Assembly (NCBI RefSeq): GCF_006345805.1
Contig: NC_042998.1
Location: forward strand, 137,454,001 to 137,518,000
Length of the DNA: 64,000 bases
DNA from: Octopus sinensis
Taxonomy: Eukaryota
Direction of reading: 5' to 3'
This document shows, piece after piece, positions 26,006 through 38,848 of this stretch (positions are counted from its first letter, which is position 1; each line of letters begins with the position of its first letter). The notes under the pieces were generated by a model. It did not search any database, had not been told where the DNA came from, and worked only from the letters and a program-made list of their open reading frames with translations. A program made the position numbers and the translations under genes.

Positions 26006-26430
26006 TGTTGTATCTCAGGAGGGTCATTATGCAAATAATAAACACATATGCTTTATTTTCACTTCTCTATTTTTTGCTTGCAAATTGGTTAACTATTTAA
26101 CCAATTAACTAAGCAATTGTTTGGTCAATCAATCAATCAGCTAACTTTGTCTAAGTACTTTTTGTCTCCATTTGTGTCTTCTTCATGGAAATAATCTCTA
26201 CTCCAGATTTGTTTTAGGTCCGGAGAGCATATGTCATTGATGAGGTTGTGAATGATGACAAATGGACTTTGACAAACCCAGCTAATTGATTGATTGACCA
26301 AATGATTAATCAAGCAATTGGTTAGTTAATTGGTTAAATAATTAATCAGTTGGCACTAATAATAAAAGAAATGAAATAGGACCAGTGCATGTATTTATTA
26401 CTGGTATAATGACCTTCCCATGATACAACA
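26006..26430. mobile_element. MITE-like element with long imperfect terminal inverted repeats
   Basis: TGTTGTATC...GATACAACA termini. Internal inverted blocks (gtcattat/ataatgac; tatttaaccaattaactaa/ttagttaattggttaaata; tttggtcaatcaatcaat/attgattgattgaccaaa). Confidence 0.7.
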
Positions 26431-28399
26431 AAATATGTTTCAACACACAAGTTCATGACAAGTGTCTTGCAAACCAAATACAAAAATTAAATATTGTACA
26501 CATGCAGAGGACATATAGACTACTGTATTTAGAGGACATATAAACTACTGTTGAAGAGTGTAATATTTAATTATATCACACCCTTGAACACAACTTATCT
26601 AGTTAGATGATAGGTACCAAATTTTTCTGGGCAAAGTTAAATACAATAGCATTAACATCCTATACATGAATAGATAGGTTTTTCATTTCATTAATACTTC
26701 AAAGTGACAATTCAGGCACCAGCCCTATGGATGAAGTCTTGTAGTTCTTGAATAGATTATCCGAAGTTTATTTCTTTAATCACTTTGGTGCTAAATATAA
26801 ACAAACATCAAGCTTCATGAAGACTTATTGTAAGATACTTAGCACCTTCAGTTAACCTCATCATTAGATATTTACTTTTCTTCTTCTTCAAGTGGCTGCA
26901 ACTAGGTTCCTTTTTACAATGTCACACCAGGAATCTCTGTCCCCATTAGATTTAATAGTTCTTCAATTTCATGCTGTGTGTCTATGCCAATAACATCAAT
27001 GTAGTTGAGTGCTCTTTGTCTTTTCTTTAAGTGCACAAGTCTACAAAATATAACATCTGATATTGCCTGTTGCTTAGCATGATAGCAGTAACCAGTAAAG
27101 CATACCCTGCCTTGGGCAGTAATAGTAGAGATAAGGAGAATGTATCCATAAATCCCCTCTTGTGCCCACATCATGAGATGTTTTGAACCCTCATAACAAG
27201 CCTAATATAGGTGCCTTCAAGTGATCTTGGAGCTCCATTTTTATATACATCATACACACACACAAACACATTTTATAGGTACAGCCATGGCTGTGTCATT
27301 AAGAAGCTTGCTTCCCAACCATGTGGTCTTAGTTTCAATCACACTGCATGAAACCGTGGGCAAGTGTTTCCTACTACAGTTCTGGGCTAATCAAAGCCTT
27401 GTGAGTGTGAGTGAATTTGGTTGGTAAACTGAAAGAATTTTATCATGTCGTGTGTGTGTGTGTACTTTTATTTAAACATTACATGATGGTTGTAAATGAG
27501 CATCATTATCTTACAAGTAAGTCTTCTGAGAAAATCATGTCTCTCTATGAGGGAAATATTACCTTGCTTGGAAAGAGGTGAGTATTAGTAATGAAACAGG
27601 CATCCAACCATAAAAAAATCTGCTTTGGAAAATTGTGCATTAAATTATGATGATGATGATCCTGTTTCTCATCCTAAACTACTTGATATATGAATAACTG
27701 CCTAGTATTGCTATAAATTAGTTATGAAACAAGAACTAAACTCATTTGTTTTACTCATCACATGAATATTTAGTTGCTATGCAGCACTTATATGTTCAAA
27801 ATAAAACCTCATTAGAACTGTGAATTGCAGTGTTTTTGTTATATTTTTGTCTCTAGCCATGGTATTGTCTATATCTTGTTGTTCCATAGTTTTCAGACAA
27901 TAGTAACTTCTCATTCCTTCAATACCTTTTTTAGATTCCTTACATTTCTGAATTCCATATTTATCAGCATACTTTCCACTCGAGTGGTTACCTATTGTTA
28001 TTACTATTATTGTCGGTGTTGTTATTAAATTTATTATTATTACTTTTATATTCCCACCAGACATGCTTTTAATGCTCTCTTTTATGCTCAATAGTGTTTC
28101 ATTGTCTTCATGACCACCATCATCACTACTATAGCATAGTCACCACCTTCACATCATCATCACATCACATCACATCACAACACCACCACTTGATAGGACT
28201 GAATATATCTAACACCTCATATTCTTTCTTTTCTTAACTGTTAATAAAGATGTATTATATTTTGACTCTTTTATCCATTTACTTTCACCTGTATTATGAA
28301 TAGAGTTTGAAACAAACTTAGTGTGAGTGTCTTGTCTTGTACTTTCGGGGTACAAGAAAGCAATCACTAGTCGTTGCTTTAAAATCCAGAATTCTACTA

Positions 28400-29050
28400 G
28401 TCAGAAACAACAAGACGCAGACGTAAAATATATATAACTACTTTATTCTCTTTCTTGGTAACAATAACAATAAGTGTGTTATCTGATGTCCTTGATTCTG
28501 GGCGCGCAAGGCTGAAAGTTAATAGATTGTAATATTTACAATGTCCAGCCGCTAAACCAGAAAGGGGTCAGCCGCTAAACCAGAAAGGGGTCAAGATGGC
28601 GTCGAACAGGGAAGTTGAATGTGGTCGGCAACAATTTGGTTAAAGGCATTCGGCCGACTGCTGCTATCAACCGGAGAGAATATATGCGTGACCGCCGCCT
28701 TCAATCGCTGGGTCCCAAGTCGCCGCTTGCTGCTGCTAGTGGTCAAACGTTCTACGACCCCCTTGCCTCGCTAACTACCACGATAGGCAAGCGGGTCGTG
28801 CTTCCGGTGGTTCGCGCATGTGCGAGAGGGCCCTTCCTTTCTCTGCCTTGGTAAAGGCACCAACACGCGCGAAATACAAATGGACGGTGCGCGAGCGCAC
28901 GCCGTTGTAGGATCACTACAAGTTTTTAGGAATAATAACCCCCATTTGGCTTATAAGATCTAGTTTATGTTTAAATCCAGTCCACAAAACCAAACAAGTT
29001 TGTTGCAATTGTAGTTAACTACATGGAACTGAATGGTCAAAATTGACCAG
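28400..29050. promoter_or_regulatory. CpG-rich housekeeping-type promoter region
   Basis: The most conspicuous CpG-rich island here that is not an obvious repeat. YY1 motif CAAGATGGCG (28592-601), ETS CTTCCGG (28801-07), NRF1-like GCGCATGTGCG (28814-24), E2F-like GCGCGAAA (28867-74), ACTACA motifs (28915-20, 29018-23). Confidence 0.65.
28546..28591. repeat. Perfect 23-bp tandem duplication CAGCCGCTAAACCAGAAAGGGGT x2
   Basis: 28546-28568 is identical to 28569-28591. Confidence 0.95.
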
Positions 29051-29799
29051 AGATCAGTGGATATAAGCCCCAGAGCACAAGGAAACTATCGAAGTCTCTA
29101 TTGATAAGAATAGTTAAAGTTTGCAAATTTAAACAAGTTTTGTTTAAGGACCATCTTCAGAGTAAAAAAGTGTCCTTACCAGCAATATTAGAGAACATGG
29201 CTGCCCCTCATACACAGATTTCTGTAAATTTGTGAACAGATATCAGAAAGCTAACTTACAAGTCAGTAGAAATTAAAAGATATGTTTTATAGTCACTTGT
29301 TGCTAAGTTGAGTATTTCTTTTCTGTTAGTTTGTAAAACTGCTGATAAGGTTGTATTATATTATATATTATATTATATTATATGTAGATGTGCGCACACA
29401 CACATATACATATACACACACACATACACGTGTATGTGTGTCTATTAGCTTTCTCTCTCTCCATGCACATGTGTAGGTGTTCAGATAAAAGTACCTTTTC
29501 AAATAAACATTAAGATATTTATCGACTGTAATGTTGCATTTCACTAGACACAAAGGTGGGTTGACCATTGGCTTTTTTGTTCCCTTTTTTTTTGTTTGCA
29601 GGAGGGTGGGGAAAGCTTCCTTTGTGTTCAGATTTGTTATAGCTAGTGTCTACATGCATGACAATAAAGTGAGTGTGATCTATTTCAAGTGTATAGATGA
29701 AAGTGGCTTACTAGTTAAAGGTTCTGGGCTAAGTAAGCAACCTTTGTACTCTATGGATATGAGTGGATTTGTCTCAGCTCATGTGTACTCTTGTACAAT

Positions 29800-30213
29800 T
29801 TCTTCTTTTATTCTTTTACTTGTTTCAGTCATTTGACTGTGGCCATGCTAGAGCACCACCTTAAGGGGTTTTTCAGTCAAACATATCAACCGCAAGACTT
29901 ATTCTTTGTAAGCCTAGTACTTATTTTATCAGTCTCTTTTGCTGAACTGCTAAGCTACGGGGACATAAACACACCAACACTGGCTGTCGAGTGGTGAAGG
30001 GGGAACAAACAAAGCTACTAAGATACACATGCATAAATATATACATATATGATGGGCCTTTTACAGTTTCTGTCTACCAAATCCACTCTCAAGGCTTTGG
30101 CCAGCCCAAGGCTATAGTAGCAGACACTTGCCTAAGGTGTCACGCAGCAGGACTGAATCATAAACGAAGCGGTTGGGAAGCAACCTTCTTACCACACAAC
30201 CACACCTGCGCCT
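29800..30213 (-). mobile_element. Full-length SINE family A
   Basis: Same architecture as 7677-8066 and 59893-60270. Confidence 0.85.
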
Positions 30214-31334
30214 CACTTTGTCTCACCTTATAAGGTAAAATCTCTTCATGTTAATTAACATAGGAATGTAAGCAAGAGAAGTTATTGCAGTATGAGTGCA
30301 GACAAGGTCCTCACCTCTGAGATTTAGCTTTGGCTTTTGTTGAATATTTAATGATGCATCACTTCACCCTTTCACTTAGCTGTGTTGTCATACACAATGA
30401 AGACTGGTTATGTAACTAAACTGACATTATACTAACTACAATAAATGTTTACTGTGAATTGTTTTATTGTCCAAGAAGCTATGCTTTCATGTTGTTTTGC
30501 TTAGCCCCAAATCAGCTTAGGTCAAGTAGGCCTCTGAGGAAAAGCATTCCAGCCATGATCATCCCATCTCTTAAGACTGTTTATCACAAAGCTACATTAT
30601 TCAATATGTCCTTATTTTTAAAGGTGGTAGAGTATGATGTGAGAGAGAGAGAGAAGAGAAAAGGAGAGAGAGTTAGGTGTTATTTCTAACATATCAAGCA
30701 ACCATGGAGTGACTCTCTGAACGTTTGGCTTGTGTTGAAAACCACTCAAGATAGTTTATGAAAATCAGCTCATTACATTGGTTCAAATTTGTGTTAAATT
30801 TAGATTTTCAATTCATCATCATTTTACATCTGCTTTCCATGCTAGCATGGTTTGGGTGGTTTGGCAGGAACTGATAGGCTGGAGAACTGACAGCATTTTA
30901 CTCCAATATCTACTTTCACATGGTTTCTGCAGCTAGATGCCTTTCTTAACACCAACCACTTTACAGCATATATTAGGTGCATTTTTGTTATAACACCAAC
31001 ACTAAAAGAGTTTCTCATGGCCTTTGGCAAAACCTAAAAGGTCCGCTCAACCCTGAGTTGTCTCTGGCAAAAATGTAAGATTGCTCTTAGCTCCATTGAC
31101 AGCTCCCTTGTAACCACAAAAGCCACTACATACTAGGTTCAAGTGGATCCTATCTATGTGATCCAATATGCTTGTAGTGACAGTTTCCAACAAGTTTTTG
31201 TCAACATGGTGCTGCTGGACAGCACCCCTAACAATACCCTAGATGCAGCTGTCCAATGAGATTCAAAAGAGTTCAGCTATGAGGTCACATGATGCATGGA
31301 TCACATGACCACATGGTTTTCTCAGATCTTACCT

Positions 31335-31665
31335 GATACAAACTGCTGTCTCTTTGTCATACAGGACTTGTACATGATGTCAATATCACACCACACCACT
31401 TTCACCTACTTAACGAGGGTCTTCATTAACCTGCTGGAGTGATCACTGATGATATCCTAGACTAGCTACATGAACTTGGCCATCCCTAATGACTGCTGAG
31501 AATGTTTCTTTTTCTTGTCCACAGATAGCTCTTCCCAACCCTGAACACAAAGGATCCAGCCACATTCAAGAAGCTGGCAAACTCCAATTTGTGTGGTTGA
31601 CAGCTTAAGCCATGAGCATAGTGTGCTTTTTATTTTCTCTGTCATATTCAAATTTGCCATGTTGA
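31335..31665 (-). pseudogene. Decayed Tc1/mariner (maT/DD37D-like) transposase N-terminal fragment
   Basis: Frameshifted translation gives 'LEFASFLNVAGSFVFRV' (HTH) and 'KKKHSQQS...KFM*LV*DIISDHSSRLMKTL...DIMYKSC..KRQQF', resembling maT-type N-termini. Confidence 0.5.
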
Positions 31666-31879
31666 TGTTGTTGATTAATCTGAAAGCAAAAAGAAAAAAT
31701 TGAAATTTGGAGCATGTCATCTTCTATTTATGACCGATTAACATTTTCCTCTAGTCTTTACATGTTGAACTACAGGATATATTGTATATGGGAGACAGAA
31801 ATATGTCATTACTGCTTAATATACATTCATAAAAAAAAATAGAAAGAGAGAGGGAGAGAGAGACATATATACACACACA

Positions 31880-32235
31880 CATACCATCATCATTATCATC
31901 ATCATTGTTGTTTAACATCTGCTTTTCGTGCTGGCATGGGTTGGACTGGACTCCAATCTGATCTAGCAAGGTTTCTTCAGCTGGATGCTCTTCCTAACGT
32001 CAACCACTCCAAGAGTGTAGTGGCTACTTTTTATGTGCCACTGGCATGAGGACTAGTCAGGCAGTACTGGCATCGACCACACTTGAATGGTACTCTTTAC
32101 ATGCCACCAGCACTGGAGCCAGTCAGGCAGCACTGGCTACAGCCATACTCAAGTGGTGCTTTTTATGTGCCACCGGCACAGGACCAGTCAAGCGGCACTG
32201 GCATCGACCACGCTCAAATGAAGCTTTTTATGTGC
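31880..32235 (-). mobile_element. RTE-type 3' UTR fragment with ~60-bp tandem repeats
   Basis: (GAT)n tail plus 3-4 units of 'ttttatgtgccaccggcacaggagccagtcaggcagcactggcatcgaccac...'. Confidence 0.7.
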
Positions 32236-33624
32236 CACACATACATATATATATATACACACATGTATATGCATACATGCACACAGTGGGGTTGAGAAGG
32301 GCATCCAGCCATAAAAACTATGCCAAAACAGACACTGAAACCTGGTACAGTCTTCTGCCTAGCCAGCTCCTGTCAATCCGTCCAACCCATGCCAACATGG
32401 AAAGCAGATGTTAAATGATGATAATGATAAGGATACATACATATACTGCAGTGAATTGATTTAATTGTACCTACATGTACAGAATAAATCACCATTGTAA
32501 TCTACAGCCTATGTTTCTTTTAAATAACAATGCAATTTCATACATTTTAATGATTGGCTAAATGGCATTTGAAGAATTTTATGCACTTCTGTAGCAGTAT
32601 ATATTAGATACATATATTAGATAAATTCAAATGAAATAAGGACAAAGATAAACTAGTCAATATATTAACTACTTTAAAATCCATTTAGCACCATCTTCAC
32701 TTTGTTTTTGTTTTGTTTTTTTGCTTGATTTTTTAAAAAGTTTTTTGTTTTTGTTTTTTAAATTATAATTTTGTTGTACTGCATAATATAAATATATTAT
32801 CACATGGGCATGTTCTGAGGAAGGTAATTGTGTTTGAGGTAAATGGAGCATGAAAGCAAGGTAGACTAAGGAAAAGGTGGAGGGGACAGGTGGAGGAGGA
32901 GATTGGGAGGGTTAGTTTGAAAAAGGAGAACACCCAAAGCCAGGCAAGACGGTGTGAGGGCAGATACTATGGCATTGAAGTAGATTTGGCCTCCCCTGTT
33001 AACGGGAACAAAATCTGAATTTAAAACATTGGATGATGATGATGATGATGATACAAGTCTTGTTTGTAGAAATATAACAATGTGACTTGAGATAATTCAC
33101 CAACAAAAATATATCTGAAGTGGCTCCTTTTCACTTGTTTAAAAGCAGTCATAAGAGTACTTCAGACAAAGATAATCTTTTGAAGTTTTCCATGGCAATT
33201 TTTATTATCATTACTAATATCAACAGCATACCCATGTCATCAAAAGTGCTGACAGTTTTATTGATAGCAAATGGTGCATCAAAAACAATGGGAGAAACCA
33301 TTTATAATTGTCAGCAAGTAAGTTAATACATGTACCTGTACAGAATTCAAGCACTGGAACAATCAGATGCAGTTGTAATATCTTGGTAAAAAATATTATC
33401 ATCCACGTAATATCTGAAACCTCCACTTTTCCATGTTCAGATGGAGCAAACAGATTTTGTACAGCTAGCTGCCCTTCCCTCTTTCTAAGAAAGCTAATAT
33501 TTCACCATGCCCACACATGGTTACATGAAAAATTGGAAACAAAACGCATCTCTTGCATGACAGTCACGCTTGCTTACAACTGTTGCCTGACGTCAAGGCA
33601 AGGAGACAGTAAAACAAATGCACA

Positions 33625-33674
33625 CACACATATATGTGTCTATTTATATACATGTATACTCTTGTACACATATG

Positions 33675-33705
<31 letters not shown>

Positions 33706-33780
33706 ATACATATATGTATGTATATTTATATGTGTATATATGTATATATATATGTGTATGTATGTATATTTATATGCATT
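33625..33780. repeat. Compound TA/TG/TATG microsatellite (left flank of RTE)
   Basis: Seen directly. The same repeat type resumes at 35228-35555 on the other side of the RTE. Confidence 0.9.
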
Positions 33781-33781
33781 T

Positions 33782-35227
33782 ATCATCATCATCATACATC
33801 CATTGTCCATGCTGACATGGGTTGGACGGTTTGACCCGGGCTGGCAAGCTGGAAGGCTGCACCAGACTCCTGTCTGATTTGGCATGGTTTCCACAGATGG
33901 ACACACTTCCTAATGCCAACTACTCCAAGAGTGTAATAGGTGCTTTTACGTGCCACCAGCACAGGTGCTATTTGTATACACCAGTATCTGCCATGACTGC
34001 GATTTTACTTGGCTTGATGAATCTTCTTCTTCTCAGGCACAACATAATGCCAAAGGTTTTGGTCATTTGTTATTGCCTCTGTGAGGCCAACATTCAAAAG
34101 GAGCATTTCAGGTGCCACCAGCATCAGTGACTTTGCCTCCATGAGGCCCAACACTCGAAAGGTGCTTTTTACATGCCACCAGTATGAGTGCAAGTTATGT
34201 GACACCAGCATCGGCCATAACTATGATTTTGCTTGGCTTGATGGGTCTTCTCAAGCACAGCATATTGCCAAAGGTCTCAGTCACTACTCATTGACTCTGT
34301 GAGGCTCAAAGTTCAAAGATCATACTTCACCACCTCATCCCATACCTTCCTGAGTCTGTCTCTACCACAGGTTTCCTCCTGAGTTACAGATCAGCACTTC
34401 TTTACACAACTGTCCTCATCCATATGAATTACATGACATACCAGCGCAGTCATCTCTCTTGCACACCACATCTGATGCTTCTTATACCCAACTTTTCTCT
34501 CAAGATGCTTACACTCTGTTGAACATGCACACTGATGTTGCACAGCCAGCAAAGCATACTGGTTTCATTTCTTTCAAGCCTCCACATATCCTCAGCTGTC
34601 ACAGCCCATGTTTCACTGCCATGTAGCATAGTTGTTCACACACAGGCATCATACAATCTGCCTTTCACTCTGAGGCCCTTTGTTGCCAGCAAAGGTACAA
34701 GCTCTCTGAACTTTGCCCAGCCTATTCTTATTCTCACACCTACACTCTCAGAGCATCCATCTCCACTACTAACTTGGTCACCTAGACACTGGAAGCTATC
34801 TATTACCTCTAGCTTATTGCTCTGGCAGTTGATGGAGTCTATTTTATGTACATTTTCAGTGTTTATTGTACCTGTACATTTTCCACACACAAAAGCTATT
34901 TTCCCTGTTAACTTTCCTCTGATGTTATTTCATCTCTTATGTGTCCATAGCTTACACTGGGTACATCTTATGGAGTTTCTATCTACACATTTTCTACAGA
35001 TCAAGCAGAGCCATCTGCCTGAAGAGATTTGTGATTTGTCTGCCTTCTTACTTACTAAGACTTTGGTCTTTGCTAGGTTAACTCTAAGACTCTTTGATTC
35101 TAGACCTAGCTTCCATACCTGAAACTTCTTCACTAGTTCTGGTTGTGATTCATCTATAAGAACAAGGTCATCAACATAGAGGAGCTCCCAGGGGCAGCCT
35201 GTCTTAAATTCCTCTGTTATTGCCTGC
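33782..35227 (-). mobile_element. 5'-truncated RTE-clade LINE (RT C-terminal part with inserted PHD finger, 3' UTR, (GAT)n tail)
   Basis: One frame: PWELLYVDDLVL (RT catalytic motif, 35178-35167)...LRVNLAKTKVL-[CLIC...CTQCKLWTHKR*...CGKC]-LEVIDSFQCLGD...GWAKFREL...GRLYDACV, then the LHGSETWA region. Tail at 33782-33794. Confidence 0.9.
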
Positions 35228-35877
35228 TATATTTATATGTGTATGTATGTATATTTATACACATATATGTATATTTATACACATATATGTATATTTATAC
35301 ACATATATGTATATTTATACATGTATATATGTATATTTATACATGTATATATGTATATTTATACATGTATATATGTATATTTATACATGTATATATGTAT
35401 ATTTATACATGTATATATGTATATTTACACAGGTATATATGTATATTTATATGCGTATGTATATTCATGTGTATATATGTATGTATATTGTATACATATA
35501 TGTATGTATATTTATATGCATATATGTGTATGTATATTTATATGCATATATATGTATCATCATCATTGTTTAACATCCACTTTCCATGGTGGCGTGGGTT
35601 GGACGGTTTAACTGGGGACTGGTGAGCCAGATGGCTGCACCAGGCTCCAATCTGATCTGGCAGAGTTTCTACAGTTGGATGCCCTTCCTAACGCCTACCA
35701 CTCCGAGAGTGTAGTGGGTGCTTTTACGTGCCACCAGCTCGAGGGCCAGTTAGGCAGTACTGGCAATGCCCTCGCTCAAATGTTGTTTTTCACATGCCAT
35801 ATATTTATAAGCGTATATATGTATATACATTTATATGTGTATATATGTATATATATCTATATGCATATATATGTAAA

Positions 35878-36098
35878 GTCAATGAAATTCCAACATTGTC
35901 TGATTTTGATATTTTAGTTTTGTATGTTTCATAATTTTACAATATTATATACTATGATAAAACAAGTTGTTTCATTCTACAATCTTCAAAGTTATATAGC
36001 TGCTTTATTAACTGAAGTTTATCATATGTAATATTGTAAAATTGTTAAAAATACAAAAATAAAACATAAAAATCTGATTGTGTTGGAATTTCATTGAC
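35878..36098. repeat. ~220-bp AT-rich foldback (inverted arms ~85 bp) flanked by (TA)n
   Basis: GTCAATGAAATTCCAACA...TTTTACAATATT (35878-35963) is the reverse complement of AATATTGTAAAA...TGTTGGAATTTCATTGAC (36017-36098). Confidence 0.75.
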
Positions 36099-36199
36099 AT
36101 ATATATCATACAAATCACAATCATACAAACTCTCAATCCTGAATTTAACTCTAAGCTAGTTCCATTTTTAATATCTTAAATAAACACCCCACCACATTA

Positions 36200-36600
36200 C
36201 ACAACCTTATGAAATCCCAATCTCTCACCTTACAAAACCTACAATCTAAAAAACTTTGTCTACCTACCCTCAGACAAGGAGAAGGGATCCTGCATCATAG
36301 GTTCACTTACAATGAATTAGCAATTAAACATCTTAATGACACCATGCTATACCAAAAAGCACAAATCACACCTAGTCAGTTTGAAGCCACAATTAATGCT
36401 AGTTGGACCAACATTTGTCACAACTGAAAGCTTTCTAAGAAAATTGGCTTAATTTCAAACCCAAAAATATACCCCTTCCCTCTGTCGTTTAGTGAAAACC
36501 CACAAATTCAAACCTAAACTTAAAATCAGACCTATTATCATAGGAATTGATGGTCCCTGTTATAAAATTTTTTTGACTTCTTTCTACATGAAACAGACTG
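36200..36600 (+). pseudogene. Highly decayed Penelope-like RT N-terminal remnant (distinct family)
   Basis: 'PSDKEKGSCII' (DKG-like), 'YNELAIKHLNDTMLYQK' and 'LKIRPIIIGIDGP' across frameshifts. Confidence 0.5.
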
Positions 36601-38473
36601 GTTACTAAAGCAGATACCTATCTGCACATGTCACCACCTCTTTCCTCTCCCTCCTCCTTCTTCTCCTTCCTCCTTCTACCCCAACAAATCTGAGCAACAA
36701 CTTTTCCATACCTCACTTTTTTGAAAATGTCTTGAAAGAGAGGTTATAACCCTGAAATACAGAAATACAAGGTAAAACTGCAACTTTGTTTTCATTTCTT
36801 TTCCTTTTGTAGTTTACTTTGTACCTTCTCGCATTGCTCCGGCCTTGCACAACAAATCTCTTTCATATATATGTATATATAATTCAAGAGAGTTTAATAT
36901 TTAATATCATAGATATATATATATATATATGTATAATATGTATCTTTGAGAAATTGATAATATAAATATAATTTGATAATAAATATAATTTATGATAAAA
37001 AAATTGCAATTTTATTTTTATTAATATAGTAGCAACTTCAGAACAAGGTGTCTCACTCCAACTCACCTGCATGTAATGTTACTGTCTCTCACACCTGCTC
37101 TGTTTAGAGTTTCCCTCTATCAGCTTGACTAGCTTCAAGCACATTGTGTTTTATTTTATGTAATCTATTATATGCTGAATGGTTAGCTTGCCAGGCAAAA
37201 TGCTTATCAGCATTTCATTTATTATTATGGTCTGAATTCAAATTCTGCCGTGGTCAGCTTTCATCCTTTTCAGAGTTGATAAATTAAGTACCAGTTGAGC
37301 ATTTGGGTTGATGTAATCAACTTACCCACTCTCCTGAAATTGCTGGCCTTGTGTCAGTATTTGAAACTGTTATTATCAATAATATTAATATATCAACTTA
37401 TTCTTTTTGTATGTACGTATGTGTGGTGTGTGTCATACTTACTTCAAAGGAAGAAGCAAGTGGCAAAGTGAGAGAGAGAGGAAGTAAGAGCAAGAGAGAG
37501 AGTGAAAGAGACAGTGAGTGGTAACGGTGTTCGTTTTGTGTTTTGAAATGTTTATCACATCGCAAGGAAAGTAGATACATAGATGGAAAGAAAAGTTGAT
37601 ACATAAACAAATGGAACAGTCTGCTCATAAAATTAACGCACAAGTGACTGAGTATTCCACAGACATTCATACCATAACATAGTTCTCAGGGAGATTCAGC
37701 CTCACCCAGAATGTGACAAGGCTGGCCCCTTTGAATTAAGCTACAACTCAGTTTTGCCAGCTGAGTGGACTGCAGCAAGTTGAAGCAGAGTACCTTGCTC
37801 AAAAACACAGCATGCTGCAGGGAATTGTATTCATGACTTTACGATCGTGGGCCCAATATCCCTAACCACTGAGCCACACACCTTCACTCTCTTAACCATA
37901 GACAAAAGGAGTGAAGCGACAGAGAAAGGAAAGCTTCAGTCATGTACAATGACAATTAGACTGAAATATGATCAATCTTTTCTCGCTTCTTTACATTTAG
38001 CAATGAAGAAGAGGGGAAAGACATTTAGTAATGAATGGAGGGAAAGTCTTTCAGGTGTTTATGTTTTTATTCTGGGAGTTCTAGAATGATTGACTGTTAG
38101 TTTTCTGTTTTTCCCCCACCTCAGTACTTATTCGCCTTCTTTCATAGTTCTTCATGTCTTTAAGTTAGTGGGGGAAGACCATGTTTTTTTTATTTTTCAG
38201 GCACATTTAATGTTTTCTCTACAAACAACAAACAAGCCCCACTCCCTTCCTTTTATTTTCATACACAAACTAATGCAAATTTCCAACAGGGTATAGCTGT
38301 GAAAAGAATCCAGAAAATTGGGTACTACCCACTACAAAATAGGTGGGGGAGAAAAGTTGCCAACAGGTGGCTACACGAAATTCAACTCTATACTTTAAAG
38401 AGTGTCTTCTACTATAGCCTCTGGCAAACTGAAGCCTCGTGAGTGAATTTGGTAGACAGAAACTGAAAGAAGC

Positions 38474-38532
<59 letters not shown>

Positions 38533-38537
<5 letters not shown>

Positions 38538-38663
38538 ATCCAAACAAGAAAGCACAAAAAAAACACCACAACGCAAGGACGTAGAACAAATATAGTATTA
38601 TTGGATGCTCAGGAAAGAAGGAAAGAGGGAGGGTTTAACGTTTCGAGCGGAGCTCTTCGTTGG
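38533..38663 (-). mobile_element. HHR-bearing Penelope-like tail fragment (5' part of core damaged)
   Basis: Minus strand: ccaACGA A GAGC tcc GCTC GAAAC GTT aaa. Abuts (TA)n. Confidence 0.6.
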
Positions 38664-38717
38664 TACACACGCGGTCACATTTTGAATAACTTTAAAATTG
38701 AATAGAAGATATGAAAT

Positions 38718-38761
38718 CCACCTGATGAATGTCATTTGAAGACAGGAAACAATTGTAGTGG
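38718..38761 (+). ncRNA. Minimal type I hammerhead ribozyme motif
   Basis: CCAC-CTGATGA-A-TGTC(atttgaa)GACA-G-GAAAC-AATT-GTA-GTGG: stem I CCAC/GTGG, intact core, palindromic stem III ACAATTGT, predicted cleavage after GUA (38757). Confidence 0.75.
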
Positions 38762-38848
38762 CGATTTATTTACTTTATATTAAAATTTTTTTATGTATTG
38801 ATTAAGTCTTTCTTTGTTTGATTTGCAAAATAGTGGTTTTGTCTCTAA

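Noticed and set aside
28615-28854. 79-aa ORF in the GC-rich island, and ATG GCG at 28596
   Set aside because: Non-ATG start and no recognisable domain. The ATG inside the YY1 motif hits a stop after 15 codons. Open frames are expected in GC-rich DNA.
34535-35122. 195-aa plus-strand ORF (also 39657-39950)
   Set aside because: Antisense shadow of the RTE ORF2.
35220-35625. 117-128 aa YIC/MY-rich ORFs (also 33618-33906 and 58578-58989)
   Set aside because: Stop-free translations of TA/TG microsatellites.
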